IMG/VR virus record: IMGVR_UViG_2903468256_000002
Span: 1 to 64,000 of that record
DNA: 64,000 bases
Reading direction: 5' to 3' (one strand)
Source: a virus
Lineage: Duplodnaviria; Caudoviricetes
Made by a program: the position numbers and the translations under genes. Below are positions 8,897-17,162 of this stretch, one piece after another (within the stretch, counting starts at the first letter, position 1; every line of letters starts with the position of its first letter). The notes under the pieces are model-generated. The model did not search any database and was not told the DNA's origin. It saw nothing but the letters and a program-made list of their open reading frames with translations.

Positions 8897-9321
8897 TCAA
8901 CCACCTCCATCACGAGGGACCAGTCGGCCTCGCCGGTCTTGGCGAGGTGGCGCAGGACCTTGGCGGCCTGCCTGGGCGTGACCTTGTACCAGTCGACGTA
9001 GTCGGCCACCATGCTGGAATTCATTGGCTCGAACAGCGCCAACCGGGTGGCGGCGTCGAGGTTGAGAAGGTCGCCGGCGAATTCTTCGTACCACCCGATC
9101 TCTCTGGTGCTCCGGGGGGTGCTGCGGATCTCGCCATTCTCGCCGAGGACGAGACACGCCCAGCCGGCGATGCACGCCGTGCTGTTGCACTGGAAGCCGA
9201 CGTTCGTGCTTTCCCCCGGGTCCTTCCTTCCCATGTAGCTTCCCATGTTGAAGCCACGTTGGTGCTTGCTCGGGATGTTTTCGAGGAAGGCGGCCAGGTT
9301 GTTGATGGCGTCGATGTTCAT
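8893..9321 (-). CDS. Hypothetical phage protein
   Basis: FNM...TACIAGWA motif typical of a phage family; coupled ORF. Confidence 0.7.
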   Translation of the reverse strand: MNIDAINNLAAFLENIPSKHQRGFNMGSYMGRKDPGESTNVGFQCNSTACIAGWACLVLGENGEIRSTPRSTREIGWYEEFAGDLLNLDAATRLALFEPMNSSMVADYVDWYKVTPRQAAKVLRHLAKTGEADWSLVMEVVE

Positions 9322-9332
9322 GCGCGGGTCTC

Positions 9333-9614
9333 CTAAACTTCCACCACCGTGATGGCGGCGATTTCGTTGATGTCGAGGATGGGTGTGTCCTGGCCGCCGA
9401 TAGCGTCGAGCATCAGCACGCCGTCGTCGGCGTAGATCTCGGGCAGGCCGTCGTAGCGTTGCCCGTTTTTCATCAGGACGTGGAAATGGTAGCCGCCGAG
9501 AGCCTCACAGATGTCGGCACCTACGGCGAAGGCGGCGCGGATCACTGGCGTCGGTGGAATAGGCTTGTGAGCCATTTCAACTTCTCCTTCAGGTTGTGCC
9601 AGATGATTGGCCAC
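9333..9614 (-). CDS. Hypothetical protein (possible Sm-like beta fold)
   Basis: In-operon ORF. Confidence 0.55.
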   Translation of the reverse strand: MANHLAQPEGEVEMAHKPIPPTPVIRAAFAVGADICEALGGYHFHVLMKNGQRYDGLPEIYADDGVLMLDAIGGQDTPILDINEIAAITVVEV

Positions 9615-9844
9615 AGAGGGATGTCGAGCACCGTCTCGTCAGCCGAGTGGGTGTCGAGATCGCCGCAGAATTTCTGGATGTGCTCCCAGGGGTCTTCCAG
9701 GAACTGCTCGAAGGTGATCAGGTCGCTGTTGTCAGCAACCACTTCGTCGAAGAGGTAGCGATAGAGCTCGGTCTCCGTCGCAAAAGCGAAGGACTGGGTG
9801 CCGTTGCGATCATCAATCGCCAGGGTCTGGACGGTGATCTTCAT
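9542..9844 (-). CDS. Hypothetical acidic protein
   Basis: In-operon ORF. Confidence 0.65.
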   Translation of the reverse strand: MKITVQTLAIDDRNGTQSFAFATETELYRYLFDEVVADNSDLITFEQFLEDPWEHIQKFCGDLDTHSADETVLDIPLWPIIWHNLKEKLKWLTSLFHRRQ

Positions 9845-10140
9845 GCCACCACCAGCTGGTTCGTGAGTTCGTTGTCGGAATGATCCGAGACCACGTCCTC
9901 ATCGTTGCCGTGGATCAGCAGGACGGAGCCGATCTTGGTTTTGTCCTGGCGCCGGAAAACCAGCTGGGTCTCGTCGGTGGCGGCGATCTCGGCGGTGATC
10001 TTCTCGTAGTCGCCGGACCTCTTGAGGGCCCATTCCTCGCCGTCGTAGACGGAGACGACGTAGCCCAGGCCCAGGGCTTTCTTGATCAGGGCGCCAACGA
10101 TCTTGGCCTCGGTCGGCCGCATGTAGCTGGGGAATGCCAT
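9841..10140 (-). CDS. Hypothetical phage protein
   Basis: 99-aa coupled ORF. Confidence 0.7.
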   Translation of the reverse strand: MAFPSYMRPTEAKIVGALIKKALGLGYVVSVYDGEEWALKRSGDYEKITAEIAATDETQLVFRRQDKTKIGSVLLIHGNDEDVVSDHSDNELTNQLVVA

Positions 10141-10337
10141 TAATCTCTCCTTCGGTTACATTCGGCGCCGTATTCTTTCCAGCGCGGCAGGACGTACTGG
10201 GCGGCCAACAGGCGGTCGTTCTCGTCCTGTGTGTTGCCCCAGGCATGAATGGAAAGGGCCCGCACCATGTTCTGGAGCGGGCCCTTGGTGTTGTTGATGC
10301 CGAGGATCTCGACGGCTCTATCCATTGTCATGATCAT
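10140..10337 (-). CDS. Hypothetical protein (65 aa)
   Basis: GGAGG SD upstream of MIMTMD. Confidence 0.6.
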   Translation of the reverse strand: MIMTMDRAVEILGINNTKGPLQNMVRALSIHAWGNTQDENDRLLAAQYVLPRWKEYGAECNRRRD

Positions 10338-10677
10338 CGAAATCCTCCTTGGTGACGTAGCGGGCCAGGCGGAGTCGGCCTCGATCATCGAACCGGAGGA
10401 AGAAACCGGCGTTGGACAGCTCGACTTGCATGTCGTTGATGGCGCGGATCTGCTGGACCGCTCGGCCAGGCAAGGATTGGCGCCGGGATTGGCCACGGAG
10501 GTTTTCCTGCACCTCCTGGATCTCGCGCCACGTCTTGACGCCGGCATGGCGCCACGTCATGACCTGGGGCTTGGTCAGGGCCATGAACTGGTCCAGTGTG
10601 GTAATGTTGTAGGCGTCGAGCCTGTTTGCGGCGCGGATGCTCAGTTCGAGGTCGGCGATCTCGGGGGAGTTCGGCAT
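10318..10677 (-). CDS. RNA polymerase alpha-subunit C-terminal domain-like protein
   Basis: IADLELSIRAANRLDAYNITTLDQFMALTKPQVMTWRHAGVKTWREI aligns by eye to the alpha-CTD consensus; GGAG SD before MPNSPE. Confidence 0.8.
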   Translation of the reverse strand: MPNSPEIADLELSIRAANRLDAYNITTLDQFMALTKPQVMTWRHAGVKTWREIQEVQENLRGQSRRQSLPGRAVQQIRAINDMQVELSNAGFFLRFDDRGRLRLARYVTKEDFDDHDNG

Positions 10678-10862
10678 GCAATGCTCCAGATGGTGTGCCA
10701 CCAGCGGCGCCGGCGGGGTTGCCTAAATTTCAGGTTGTGGGCGTCCAAAAGCTTCTGGATCTTGGCGTCGGCGGTTCGCACCTCACCTTCGGTGAAGCCC
10801 CGCGCGGTGGTCACCTCGGAGAGCCTCACGATCTTCAGCATCGCTTTGTGGCGGGGGTTCAC
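10641..10862 (-). CDS. DUF2786-like small protein
   Basis: KIVRLSE...FTEGEVRTADAKIQKLLDAHNL. Confidence 0.5.
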   Translation of the reverse strand: MNPRHKAMLKIVRLSEVTTARGFTEGEVRTADAKIQKLLDAHNLKFRQPRRRRWWHTIWSIACRTPPRSPTSN

Positions 10863-11053
10863 AGTTCGTGGACCTCCTTCATGAGGGCGAGGTAGCGCGC
10901 GGGGCGCGGGTGGATGTTGAAGCGCTCGGCGATCGCCGGCCCGTCGCAGTCGTAGAGACGTGCGACAACGCTGGTCTCGCCCTTTTCACAGGGCTGGTCG
11001 TGGCAGAGGACCCAGTGGCTGTAGCGCTTGCCCCAGATGGCGCGGAGCTTCAT
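10859..11053 (-). CDS. Hypothetical protein
   Basis: Coupled ORF. Confidence 0.6.
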   Translation of the reverse strand: MKLRAIWGKRYSHWVLCHDQPCEKGETSVVARLYDCDGPAIAERFNIHPRPARYLALMKEVHEL

Positions 11054-11229
11054 CTGAGCATTTCTTCGAGCAGCGCGGCGCGCATGTCATCGCAACTGCG
11101 CTCGAGCTGCTCCAGGAACTCGAACTGGTCCGAGCGGGTTGTGTCGGGGCGGAAGACGATGCGGACCTTGCCAAGGTCGCGCTGCCATCCCAAACTTTCG
11201 AGTGGCGTGCCTGCGATGAGGACTTTCAT
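11050..11229 (-). CDS. Hypothetical protein (59 aa)
   Basis: AGGAGA SD before MKVLIAG. Confidence 0.6.
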   Translation of the reverse strand: MKVLIAGTPLESLGWQRDLGKVRIVFRPDTTRSDQFEFLEQLERSCDDMRAALLEEMLR

Positions 11230-11232
11230 TCT

Positions 11233-11850
11233 GTGTCTCCTGAGCGATTGAATTTCATCAAGCCCACGAAACCGTTGCTCGTGCGGGAGCCGCCAGTCAG
11301 CGACGACTGGCTGCACGAGATCAAATACGATGGCTTCCGGGTTCAGCTGATCCTGGATTGGGCGGGTGCTCGTGCCTTCACCAGGAACGAGCATGATTGG
11401 TCGAGGCGCTTCTGGCCTGTGATTGACGCGGCCGAAAAGCTACCGGCCAAGTCTTTCATCCTGGACGGAGAGATGATCGCCCCGGAGCCCGATGGGCGGC
11501 CGAACTTCCTCCAGATGCACTCCCGCATGACTTGGAATGCCGAATTGCTCGCCTATGTCGCCTTCGACATCCTGTACCTGGACGGGGAAGACCTGCGTGC
11601 CTTGCCGCTGATCGAGCGTAAGGCCAAGCTCTGGGAGCTGGTGAAGCCCGCGACGGGTATCATCCAGTATTCGGCCCATGTGGAGGGTGGCGGCGCCGAG
11701 TTTTACGAGGCCGCCCAGAAGATGGGCTTGGAAGGGATTGTCTCAAAGCGCCGGCACAGCTCCTATAAGAGCGGGGCGACCGACGCGTGGGTCAAGACGA
11801 AGTCGCCGAACTATCTCCGGCGAGAGCGGAAGCTCCGGCGAGTCGCCTAG
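11233..11850 (+). CDS. ATP-dependent DNA ligase, adenylation domain only (LigD/LigC-type)
   Basis: HEIKYDGFR (motif I), ILDGEM (III), YVAFDILY (IIIa), EGIVSK (IV), WVKTK (V); no OB domain; GTG start inferred. Confidence 0.85.
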   Translation: MSPERLNFIKPTKPLLVREPPVSDDWLHEIKYDGFRVQLILDWAGARAFTRNEHDWSRRFWPVIDAAEKLPAKSFILDGEMIAPEPDGRPNFLQMHSRMTWNAELLAYVAFDILYLDGEDLRALPLIERKAKLWELVKPATGIIQYSAHVEGGGAEFYEAAQKMGLEGIVSKRRHSSYKSGATDAWVKTKSPNYLRRERKLRRVA

Positions 11851-11977
11851 CTGCGCGGGCGGCTTCCTTGGCGCCGGTGACGCCGCGGTAGTCCTTCTTC
11901 CCGCGCTTGATCAGCTCCTTGCCGATGTTCTTGTTCGTGACTGGCTTGCAGCGCTGGTATTGGTGACGGATGCTCAT
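11792..11977 (-). CDS. Small basic hypothetical protein
   Basis: Coupled to upstream ORF; converges on the ligase 3' end. Confidence 0.45.
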   Translation of the reverse strand: MSIRHQYQRCKPVTNKNIGKELIKRGKKDYRGVTGAKEAARAARRLAGASALAGDSSATSS

Positions 11978-12189
11978 TTGGGATACTCCGGGTGATAGAT
12001 GTAGAGGATGCCGCTGGTCTCGAAGCCCCTGACGCCGACCCGGTTCCATTTGCAGAGCAGGCGCAGGAAGCCGAGCTCGCCACAGGAGCCGATACGGTGG
12101 AACACGTCGGCGTCCTCGATCTCGACGGTCTCCTTGTGGGCGAGCCTGGAGGCCTTGAAGGTCCAGCGGGTGTAGGTGTGGACGGTCAT
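11974..12189 (-). CDS. Hypothetical protein
   Basis: Coupled ORF. Confidence 0.6.
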   Translation of the reverse strand: MTVHTYTRWTFKASRLAHKETVEIEDADVFHRIGSCGELGFLRLLCKWNRVGVRGFETSGILYIYHPEYPK

Positions 12190-12473
12190 GCCGGCTCCTC
12201 TATGATACGGGCATTCACGAAGGCATCAGGGTGGGGCTTGATCATCCAGGGGTAACAGCTTGCCGGCCCCCAATTCGGCGAGTACCGGATGCCGAGGTCG
12301 GCCAGCATCCAGCTTCGGGTTTTGAAGTGGGAGACCCGGCAAACGGTACAGTGCTCGGAGCGCGTCGGGCCGTAGTTGAACCATCCTCCGTGGATAGTAC
12401 GCTCCACGACCACACGGTCGCCGACCTCATACTCGTACCCTTCGGAGCCGTCGCTCCAGCGATGGATGATCAC
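12186..12473 (-). CDS. Hypothetical protein (SH3-like beta barrel possible)
   Basis: Coupled ORF; YEVGDRVVV motif. Confidence 0.6.
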   Translation of the reverse strand: MIIHRWSDGSEGYEYEVGDRVVVERTIHGGWFNYGPTRSEHCTVCRVSHFKTRSWMLADLGIRYSPNWGPASCYPWMIKPHPDAFVNARIIEEPA

Positions 12474-12703
12474 AGCCGCATCTCCCGCACGAGGTTCTGG
12501 TTCTGGCGATGGAACCAGACGGCCAGCTTCTTGGCGGAGTCGATCGCTGCCCTGGGCCAGTCGAGGGCACGGTCGGTGATCAGCTTCTCGATCTCGGCGT
12601 CATCCGTGCCGACATGCTGGCGACCGACCAGCCACCGTACCGACTGGATGGGCACGCGGGGGTGGACGCGGTGGCGCTTGCCATCGAGCGTGAAAGACTT
12701 CAT
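12470..12703 (-). CDS. Hypothetical protein
   Basis: AGGAGG SD. Confidence 0.7.
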   Translation of the reverse strand: MKSFTLDGKRHRVHPRVPIQSVRWLVGRQHVGTDDAEIEKLITDRALDWPRAAIDSAKKLAVWFHRQNQNLVREMRL

Positions 12704-12729
12704 ATTGCCCTCCTGATAGGAATTTATTC

Positions 12730-12930
12730 ATGCGTGTCAGCCCACCCACGATCGAAGAGTTTGCGTTCCACGTTGAGGTGTGGAGTCCCGATGATCAGCG
12801 GGTGGATGAGACGATGGCGGTGGCGAAGAATATCCGCGTGGCGCGGGCGGCCTACGATGAGACGCTGGCCGTGAGAGAGGGCCGGATCGTGAAACTACGA
12901 CACGGCGCTCGGATCATTCTGCCGGACTAG
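12730..12930 (+). CDS. Small rhizobial-type hypothetical protein (moron)
   Basis: FHVEVWSPDD...ARAAYDETLAVREGRIVKLRHGARII pattern; counter-oriented. Confidence 0.6.
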   Translation: MRVSPPTIEEFAFHVEVWSPDDQRVDETMAVAKNIRVARAAYDETLAVREGRIVKLRHGARIILPD

Positions 12931-13219
12931 ATGGCCAGGTGCGGTCGAGGAAGGCATTCCATGCCTCCTTGGTGAAGGCCATCTGCGAGGCTTCGAAGTG
13001 CGCGCCGGTCTCGACCGACACGAACGTGCCCCGCTCAGTCGGGTGAGCGGTGACGATGTGGTAGTTGTCCTGTCCGTTGGAGCCGACCATCTGCCAGCGC
13101 TTTGCACGCTCGACGTTGTCCTTGGTGTAGGGGTCGAGATGGACGGGGCAGCATTTCTTGAAGCCGTAGACGGCCAGGCAGTAGTAGCGAGCCGGGTTGG
13201 TCATGTCGGCTCCCAGCAT
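12914..13219 (-). CDS. Hypothetical protein
   Basis: In-operon ORF. Confidence 0.6.
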   Translation of the reverse strand: MLGADMTNPARYYCLAVYGFKKCCPVHLDPYTKDNVERAKRWQMVGSNGQDNYHIVTAHPTERGTFVSVETGAHFEASQMAFTKEAWNAFLDRTWPSSPAE

Positions 13220-13443
13220 TTGGTGATGGCTTCCCAGATCACGGCGTCGTAGCGGTCGTAGCTCGCGGGGTACGTCCCGCCGTTGCCAGCCAGCTCGCTG
13301 ATCATCTCGACGGTGTTGTCGAACTCGCCGGCCTCGTTCTCGTGCTCGTGGAGCTCGTCCCAGAAATCGGCCATGGCGGCGGCGGCGACCTTGGCCTTCT
13401 TGACCAGGCGGTTCTTCTGGTCATCGTTTATGTGCTCGGTCAC
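13201..13443 (-). CDS. Hypothetical acidic protein
   Basis: Coupled ORF. Confidence 0.65.
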   Translation of the reverse strand: MTEHINDDQKNRLVKKAKVAAAAMADFWDELHEHENEAGEFDNTVEMISELAGNGGTYPASYDRYDAVIWEAITKCWEPT

Positions 13444-13810
13444 GGGTCATTTCCTCGTACATGTTGCGGGTGTGGCCGTTCATCTCTTCGTGCGTCAGGT
13501 TGTGATCGACCCGGATGCAGAGAGGGTGGGCGCCGGAGTAGCGATTGATGGCGATCGCGTCGTCGGCGCAGTAGTAGCCGTAGGTGCCGCGGTTGTAGAA
13601 AACGGCATGCGATTGGCTGCACGCCGTCCGGTTGCAGATCCCGCCGAAGACCGACCCCTTGTGACCGGCGTGGTTCGGGTATTTCTGCGGGTGTGGAGGC
13701 ACCTTGACCTCGAAGTGAGGCAGTTTCGGCTCGGGAGGCGGTGCCCAACGCGCGTGAGGGGCGACATGGCGCAGCCGGCGCGAGAGGTCTTTCGAATAGC
13801 TCATGGTCAC
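13421..13810 (-). CDS. Cys-containing hypothetical phage protein
   Basis: GICNRTAC...YNRGTYGYYC motif (possible Zn site). Confidence 0.65.
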   Translation of the reverse strand: MTMSYSKDLSRRLRHVAPHARWAPPPEPKLPHFEVKVPPHPQKYPNHAGHKGSVFGGICNRTACSQSHAVFYNRGTYGYYCADDAIAINRYSGAHPLCIRVDHNLTHEEMNGHTRNMYEEMTRDRAHKR

Positions 13811-14133
13811 GCCGCCTCCCGGATGATCGCCGTCTCGCTCATTTTGAAATACATGACGGCGAGCTGGCGGTAGTGCTGGTTGGTAATGTCAGCGATCCGC
13901 TCCATTTCCTCGGCGGTCGCGATGATCTGCACCGGGATGACCCGGTCCTGGTAGAGAACGGCGGTCGCGGGATCGACCCACTGGCCCTTGCCCGGGGGCA
14001 GGATGGTGAGGCCGCCGGTGATCGAGCGGACTCGACGATCCCACTCACGATGGTGGCGGGTCCGGACGGGCTTGCCGTCGTTGTAGTTGCACGGCACGAG
14101 GATCTGCCAAAGGCACTTCAGAGCATCGGCCAT
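13807..14133 (-). CDS. Hypothetical protein (PII/DUF3574-like ferredoxin fold possible)
   Basis: ITGGLTILPPGKGQW...QLAVMYF. Confidence 0.6.
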   Translation of the reverse strand: MADALKCLWQILVPCNYNDGKPVRTRHHREWDRRVRSITGGLTILPPGKGQWVDPATAVLYQDRVIPVQIIATAEEMERIADITNQHYRQLAVMYFKMSETAIIREAA

Positions 14134-14444
14134 TGGAACTCCTCGTTCAGTTCTCGCCCATCAGGGCTGCATTCGCTGATGATGGCCTCGAACTCCGGTT
14201 CGGATTGCTCCTTGAGGAAGTTCAGGGCCTGTTGGTGGAGACGCGAGCCGGCGTGGGCCTTGGTGTAGACGTGGTTCCAGGCCTTCATGTCGCGCATATC
14301 GCCGGTGAAGGCGTCGCTCTCATCGCAGGCCTGGAGCTGAAACGGGTGGTCGCCGTTCTCATTCAGGATTGATCCGCTGGCTTCGAAGATGTCCCAGCCT
14401 TCCGCTTGCGCGTCGAACTGGTGTTCGGGGGGCCACTCAGTCAT
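14118..14444 (-). CDS. Hypothetical protein
   Basis: Start MTEWPP coupled to upstream ORF. Confidence 0.65.
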   Translation of the reverse strand: MTEWPPEHQFDAQAEGWDIFEASGSILNENGDHPFQLQACDESDAFTGDMRDMKAWNHVYTKAHAGSRLHQQALNFLKEQSEPEFEAIISECSPDGRELNEEFQWPML

Positions 14445-15006
14445 TGAGCAACTCCCTGTATTGGCGGAGCCGATCCAGGATCTGGTCCGGCGTGAACTTC
14501 TCGTACAGGCCGTCGAGGTTCGGGGCCTGGCGCTCCTGCATGAAGGTTCGGGTAGGCTGGCCGATCGGCACGATGTCATCGTACTGGTCGAGCACGATCA
14601 CCGTGCTCTCGGCGTGCATGCGGATGGTGTGAAAATCCCTGGCCCACATCTGGTAGCTGTGGCCGGGGATGTGGAACTCACGGGTGCGCTCGAAGAGCCG
14701 AGCCTCACGCTTCCAGGTGAAGCCGTCGCCGCCGTTGAGCGGGGTGCGCCACTCGAACTCGTTGTAGACCTTCCCGTATTTGTCGTTCGGGATGTAGACC
14801 GAGTTCGACATCACGCCGGACAGCACGGTGGTCTTGAAGTGGTAGCGGTGGTCGTGCGGGTTCACCACCTCCGGCAGCTGGCTCACGTTCCCGTCGAAGA
14901 AATAGACCTTGCGGGTGTGCTCGGGCGTCCGCTTGACGCAGAGGTAGTCGAAGCCCTTGACGTGGAAGTTGCGGAACGAGTGCTGGATCATGTCGTCCAT
15001 GTTCAT
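14437..15006 (-). CDS. Cupin-like metal-binding protein
   Basis: PHDHRYHFKTTVLSG ... GHSYQMWARDFHTI (HxH...H). Confidence 0.65.
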   Translation of the reverse strand: MNMDDMIQHSFRNFHVKGFDYLCVKRTPEHTRKVYFFDGNVSQLPEVVNPHDHRYHFKTTVLSGVMSNSVYIPNDKYGKVYNEFEWRTPLNGGDGFTWKREARLFERTREFHIPGHSYQMWARDFHTIRMHAESTVIVLDQYDDIVPIGQPTRTFMQERQAPNLDGLYEKFTPDQILDRLRQYRELLND

Positions 15007-15392
15007 GCTCGGCGCTCCTTCTCGGCCCGCTGCTCGGCGAGGATCTTCTCGGCCGTTTCGACCAGATGCTTCGGCGGGTACTCGGGGGTCTGGAGCTCGA
15101 AGCCCCAGGCGGTGGCGATGGCCCTGGCAACTTTGATCTGGTCGTCGGTGAACACGCGCTCGCCGGCGTTGGCGCCGAACTGGTGCAGGTAGGTTTCGAA
15201 GTTGCCGTCATCCAGCGAATGGAGATTGCCGGCGTGGGCCGTCACGGCGACCGGCCAGGTGTCGGCCAGGCCGACGACCTTCTCGTCGGGGATGACGAGC
15301 GTGTCGCCGTTCTCGATGTCCTCCATGCACTGGGTGCAGTCGTAAGCGTCACCGGTGCTGTCGAAGAAGTGGACCTTGATGGTGTCGAACAT
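15003..15392 (-). CDS. Hypothetical phage protein
   Basis: GAGGA SD before MFDTIK. Confidence 0.7.
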   Translation of the reverse strand: MFDTIKVHFFDSTGDAYDCTQCMEDIENGDTLVIPDEKVVGLADTWPVAVTAHAGNLHSLDDGNFETYLHQFGANAGERVFTDDQIKVARAIATAWGFELQTPEYPPKHLVETAEKILAEQRAEKERRA

Positions 15393-15407
15393 GATCGTCC
15401 TCAGTTG

Positions 15408-15497
15408 GTGGGCAGGCCCCAACCATCCACGCCCTCGGTGCAGGTGCGACACCGGGCCAACATGCGTTGCCGTTAAGTGGATGGTTGGGTGACCCAC
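15408..15497 (-). promoter_or_regulatory. Structured intergenic RNA (13-bp closing stem, three-way junction)
   Basis: CCCAACCATCCAC 15418-15430 / GTGGATGGTTGGG 15477-15489 perfect inverted repeat with two inner hairpins. Confidence 0.6.
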
Positions 15498-15527
15498 AGG
15501 AGGAGAGCGGGCACCTGAAACTGGTAG

Positions 15528-15776
15528 CTAAAAGCTGTGGTCGTACTCCGTGGCGAAGTAGGTAGCGCCCTCGGGGAAGCAGCCGAAGATCAGGTCGTCG
15601 TTGGGCAACCGGAACCAGAGCCAATTCGATCGGCCATCCATAGACGTTGGGTCAGCCTTGAGGATGGTCTCGACGCTCGCGTCAGAGGCGGGCTTTGACC
15701 GCATGATGTTGTGCCTGGACTCATCCTCGAACATGCCCAGGCTCAGGTCGTGTTCAGCAGCGATGCGGGTGGTCAT
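15528..15776 (-). CDS. Hypothetical protein
   Basis: Start MTTRIA coupled to upstream ORF. Confidence 0.65.
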   Translation of the reverse strand: MTTRIAAEHDLSLGMFEDESRHNIMRSKPASDASVETILKADPTSMDGRSNWLWFRLPNDDLIFGCFPEGATYFATEYDHSF

Positions 15777-16048
15777 GCCACGTTCCTCGTCACGTCCAGC
15801 ACGACGTCGAGGTGCAGTGCCGGGAGCAGCTCGGCGTTGAGCTGCTTGAAGCGGTTGCCGTCGACCTCCTCGGAGCGCCAGATCAGGAACCTGGCGAACT
15901 GGCTGGGCCGGCAGATGATGGTCTGCTCGGTGCGGACGGCGTTGTAGGCTTCGCTGCAGGTCAGGCCGAAGGCCTTCTGCGCCGCCCTGGCGTTGGCCGC
16001 GTGGTTCTTGTCGATGTCGCTGAGGGTGAAGCGGACGCGGTCGTTCAT
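15773..16048 (-). CDS. Hypothetical protein
   Basis: AAGGAG SD; coupled. Confidence 0.7.
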   Translation of the reverse strand: MNDRVRFTLSDIDKNHAANARAAQKAFGLTCSEAYNAVRTEQTIICRPSQFARFLIWRSEEVDGNRFKQLNAELLPALHLDVVLDVTRNVA

Positions 16049-16206
16049 GCTGGCTCCTTGTAGACGGAGGGCGCCGGGACCGCGAATGGTCCTGGGCCGA
16101 TGACAATGGCGATCCCGCCGATGCCAATCTTGGTGAGGCGTGGACGTGGGTCGTCGTGGTGAAGTGGCGGGCCGATGTCGTGGACCCCGTTGCGCCAGTT
16201 CTTCAT
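16045..16206 (-). CDS. 53-aa small protein missed by the ORF track (MKNWRNGVHDIGPP...VYKEPA)
   Basis: ATGA overlaps with both neighbours. Confidence 0.55.
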   Translation of the reverse strand: MKNWRNGVHDIGPPLHHDDPRPRLTKIGIGGIAIVIGPGPFAVPAPSVYKEPA

Positions 16207-16553
16207 GGGGCGGGGATCTCCAGACCGAACTTCTGGCCGAAGGTGATGAACGCCGCCTTCATCTCGTCCGGATGGACGTTGTTGTCGTGGCAGGCCTGCA
16301 GCCCATTGAACTCATCGCGGGTCAGCTCTGGGACGAAGTTGAGCTCCTTGAACCAGTCGTACCCAAGGACGCCGGCGACGAAGTCGTCCATCTTGGGGAC
16401 GTACTGGTCGTCCGGGATCAGGTGGCCGATCGCGCATTTGTGGTTGTTGGCACCCCGGTACGCGCACATGAACGCCTCCCTGTCGTAGGACTGGCGCCAG
16501 CCCTGGGCCTGGAGACCGAGATAGATGGTGTTGAAGGTCTGCTGGGTGATCAT
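16203..16553 (-). CDS. Hypothetical phage protein
   Basis: CAYRG...KCAIGHLIPDD phage-family motif; AGGAG SD. Confidence 0.75.
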   Translation of the reverse strand: MITQQTFNTIYLGLQAQGWRQSYDREAFMCAYRGANNHKCAIGHLIPDDQYVPKMDDFVAGVLGYDWFKELNFVPELTRDEFNGLQACHDNNVHPDEMKAAFITFGQKFGLEIPAP

Positions 16554-17113
16554 GCGTAGAACTCCTGCCTGAAACGGGGTGTGATGCAGATCGGGTCGAT
16601 GATGATGGGCGTGCCTTCGTGGTCGCGCATCACATTGCCGGCGTGGATGTCCGACACGAACCGATAGTCGACGAGCTGCTCGACCGCCTTGCGGTAGCGG
16701 GCGGTCGGCCTGCCGCCATCGTGGATGGTTCCGCCCGAGACCTTGCGGAGCGTGGCCGCGATGTTCGCGGAGGTCGTGATGCGCTCGGCCCTCGGGACCT
16801 TGGCGTACCGGCGCATGACGCACCAGAAGCTGATTTTGGCGTCGTCCCACTGCAAGGCATAGATCTTGGGGAAGAACTTGGAGCTGATCTCCTTGTCGAG
16901 CAGCTGCTGAGCGAAGAACGGGAAGCCATCGGCGAGGCCTATGCGCCCGTTGTAGTGCTTGCCGACCTTCACGACGACGTCAGGGGCGTCGGGATGGACG
17001 AAGGCCGTGGAGAAGGCTCCGCGGCCGATCTGGCGATATCCTGCCTTGCGTAGTGCGGACGCGCTGAAGCAGGCGTGGCGGCGGGCGTGGTTGATCTGGG
17101 CTTTGATGTGCAT
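16550..17113 (-). CDS. T7 gp0.7-like protein kinase (kinase domain only, 187 aa)
   Basis: IGRGAFSTAFVHPDAPDVVVKVG (Gly loop + Lys), DIHAGNVM (catalytic loop), PIIIDP. Confidence 0.85.
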   Translation of the reverse strand: MHIKAQINHARRHACFSASALRKAGYRQIGRGAFSTAFVHPDAPDVVVKVGKHYNGRIGLADGFPFFAQQLLDKEISSKFFPKIYALQWDDAKISFWCVMRRYAKVPRAERITTSANIAATLRKVSGGTIHDGGRPTARYRKAVEQLVDYRFVSDIHAGNVMRDHEGTPIIIDPICITPRFRQEFYA

Positions 17114-17136
17114 CGGTGCTCTCCGGGGCAAACAAA

Positions 17137-17162
17137 AAGGGCGTCCCGTTGGGGACGCCCTT
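17137..17162 (-). terminator. Intrinsic terminator directly upstream of the kinase gene
   Basis: AAGGGCGTCCC-GTTG-GGGACGCCCTT with U-tract on the - strand. Confidence 0.8.

Noticed and set aside
10960-11232. N-terminal extension of the ligase
   Set aside because: Antisense to two real early genes; ligase-like sequence begins only at 11233
15418-15489. Twister or hammerhead ribozyme identity
   Set aside because: UAA and GAGGG-like ends are present, but the conserved L4 (UCC.AAGC) and the hammerhead core are missing
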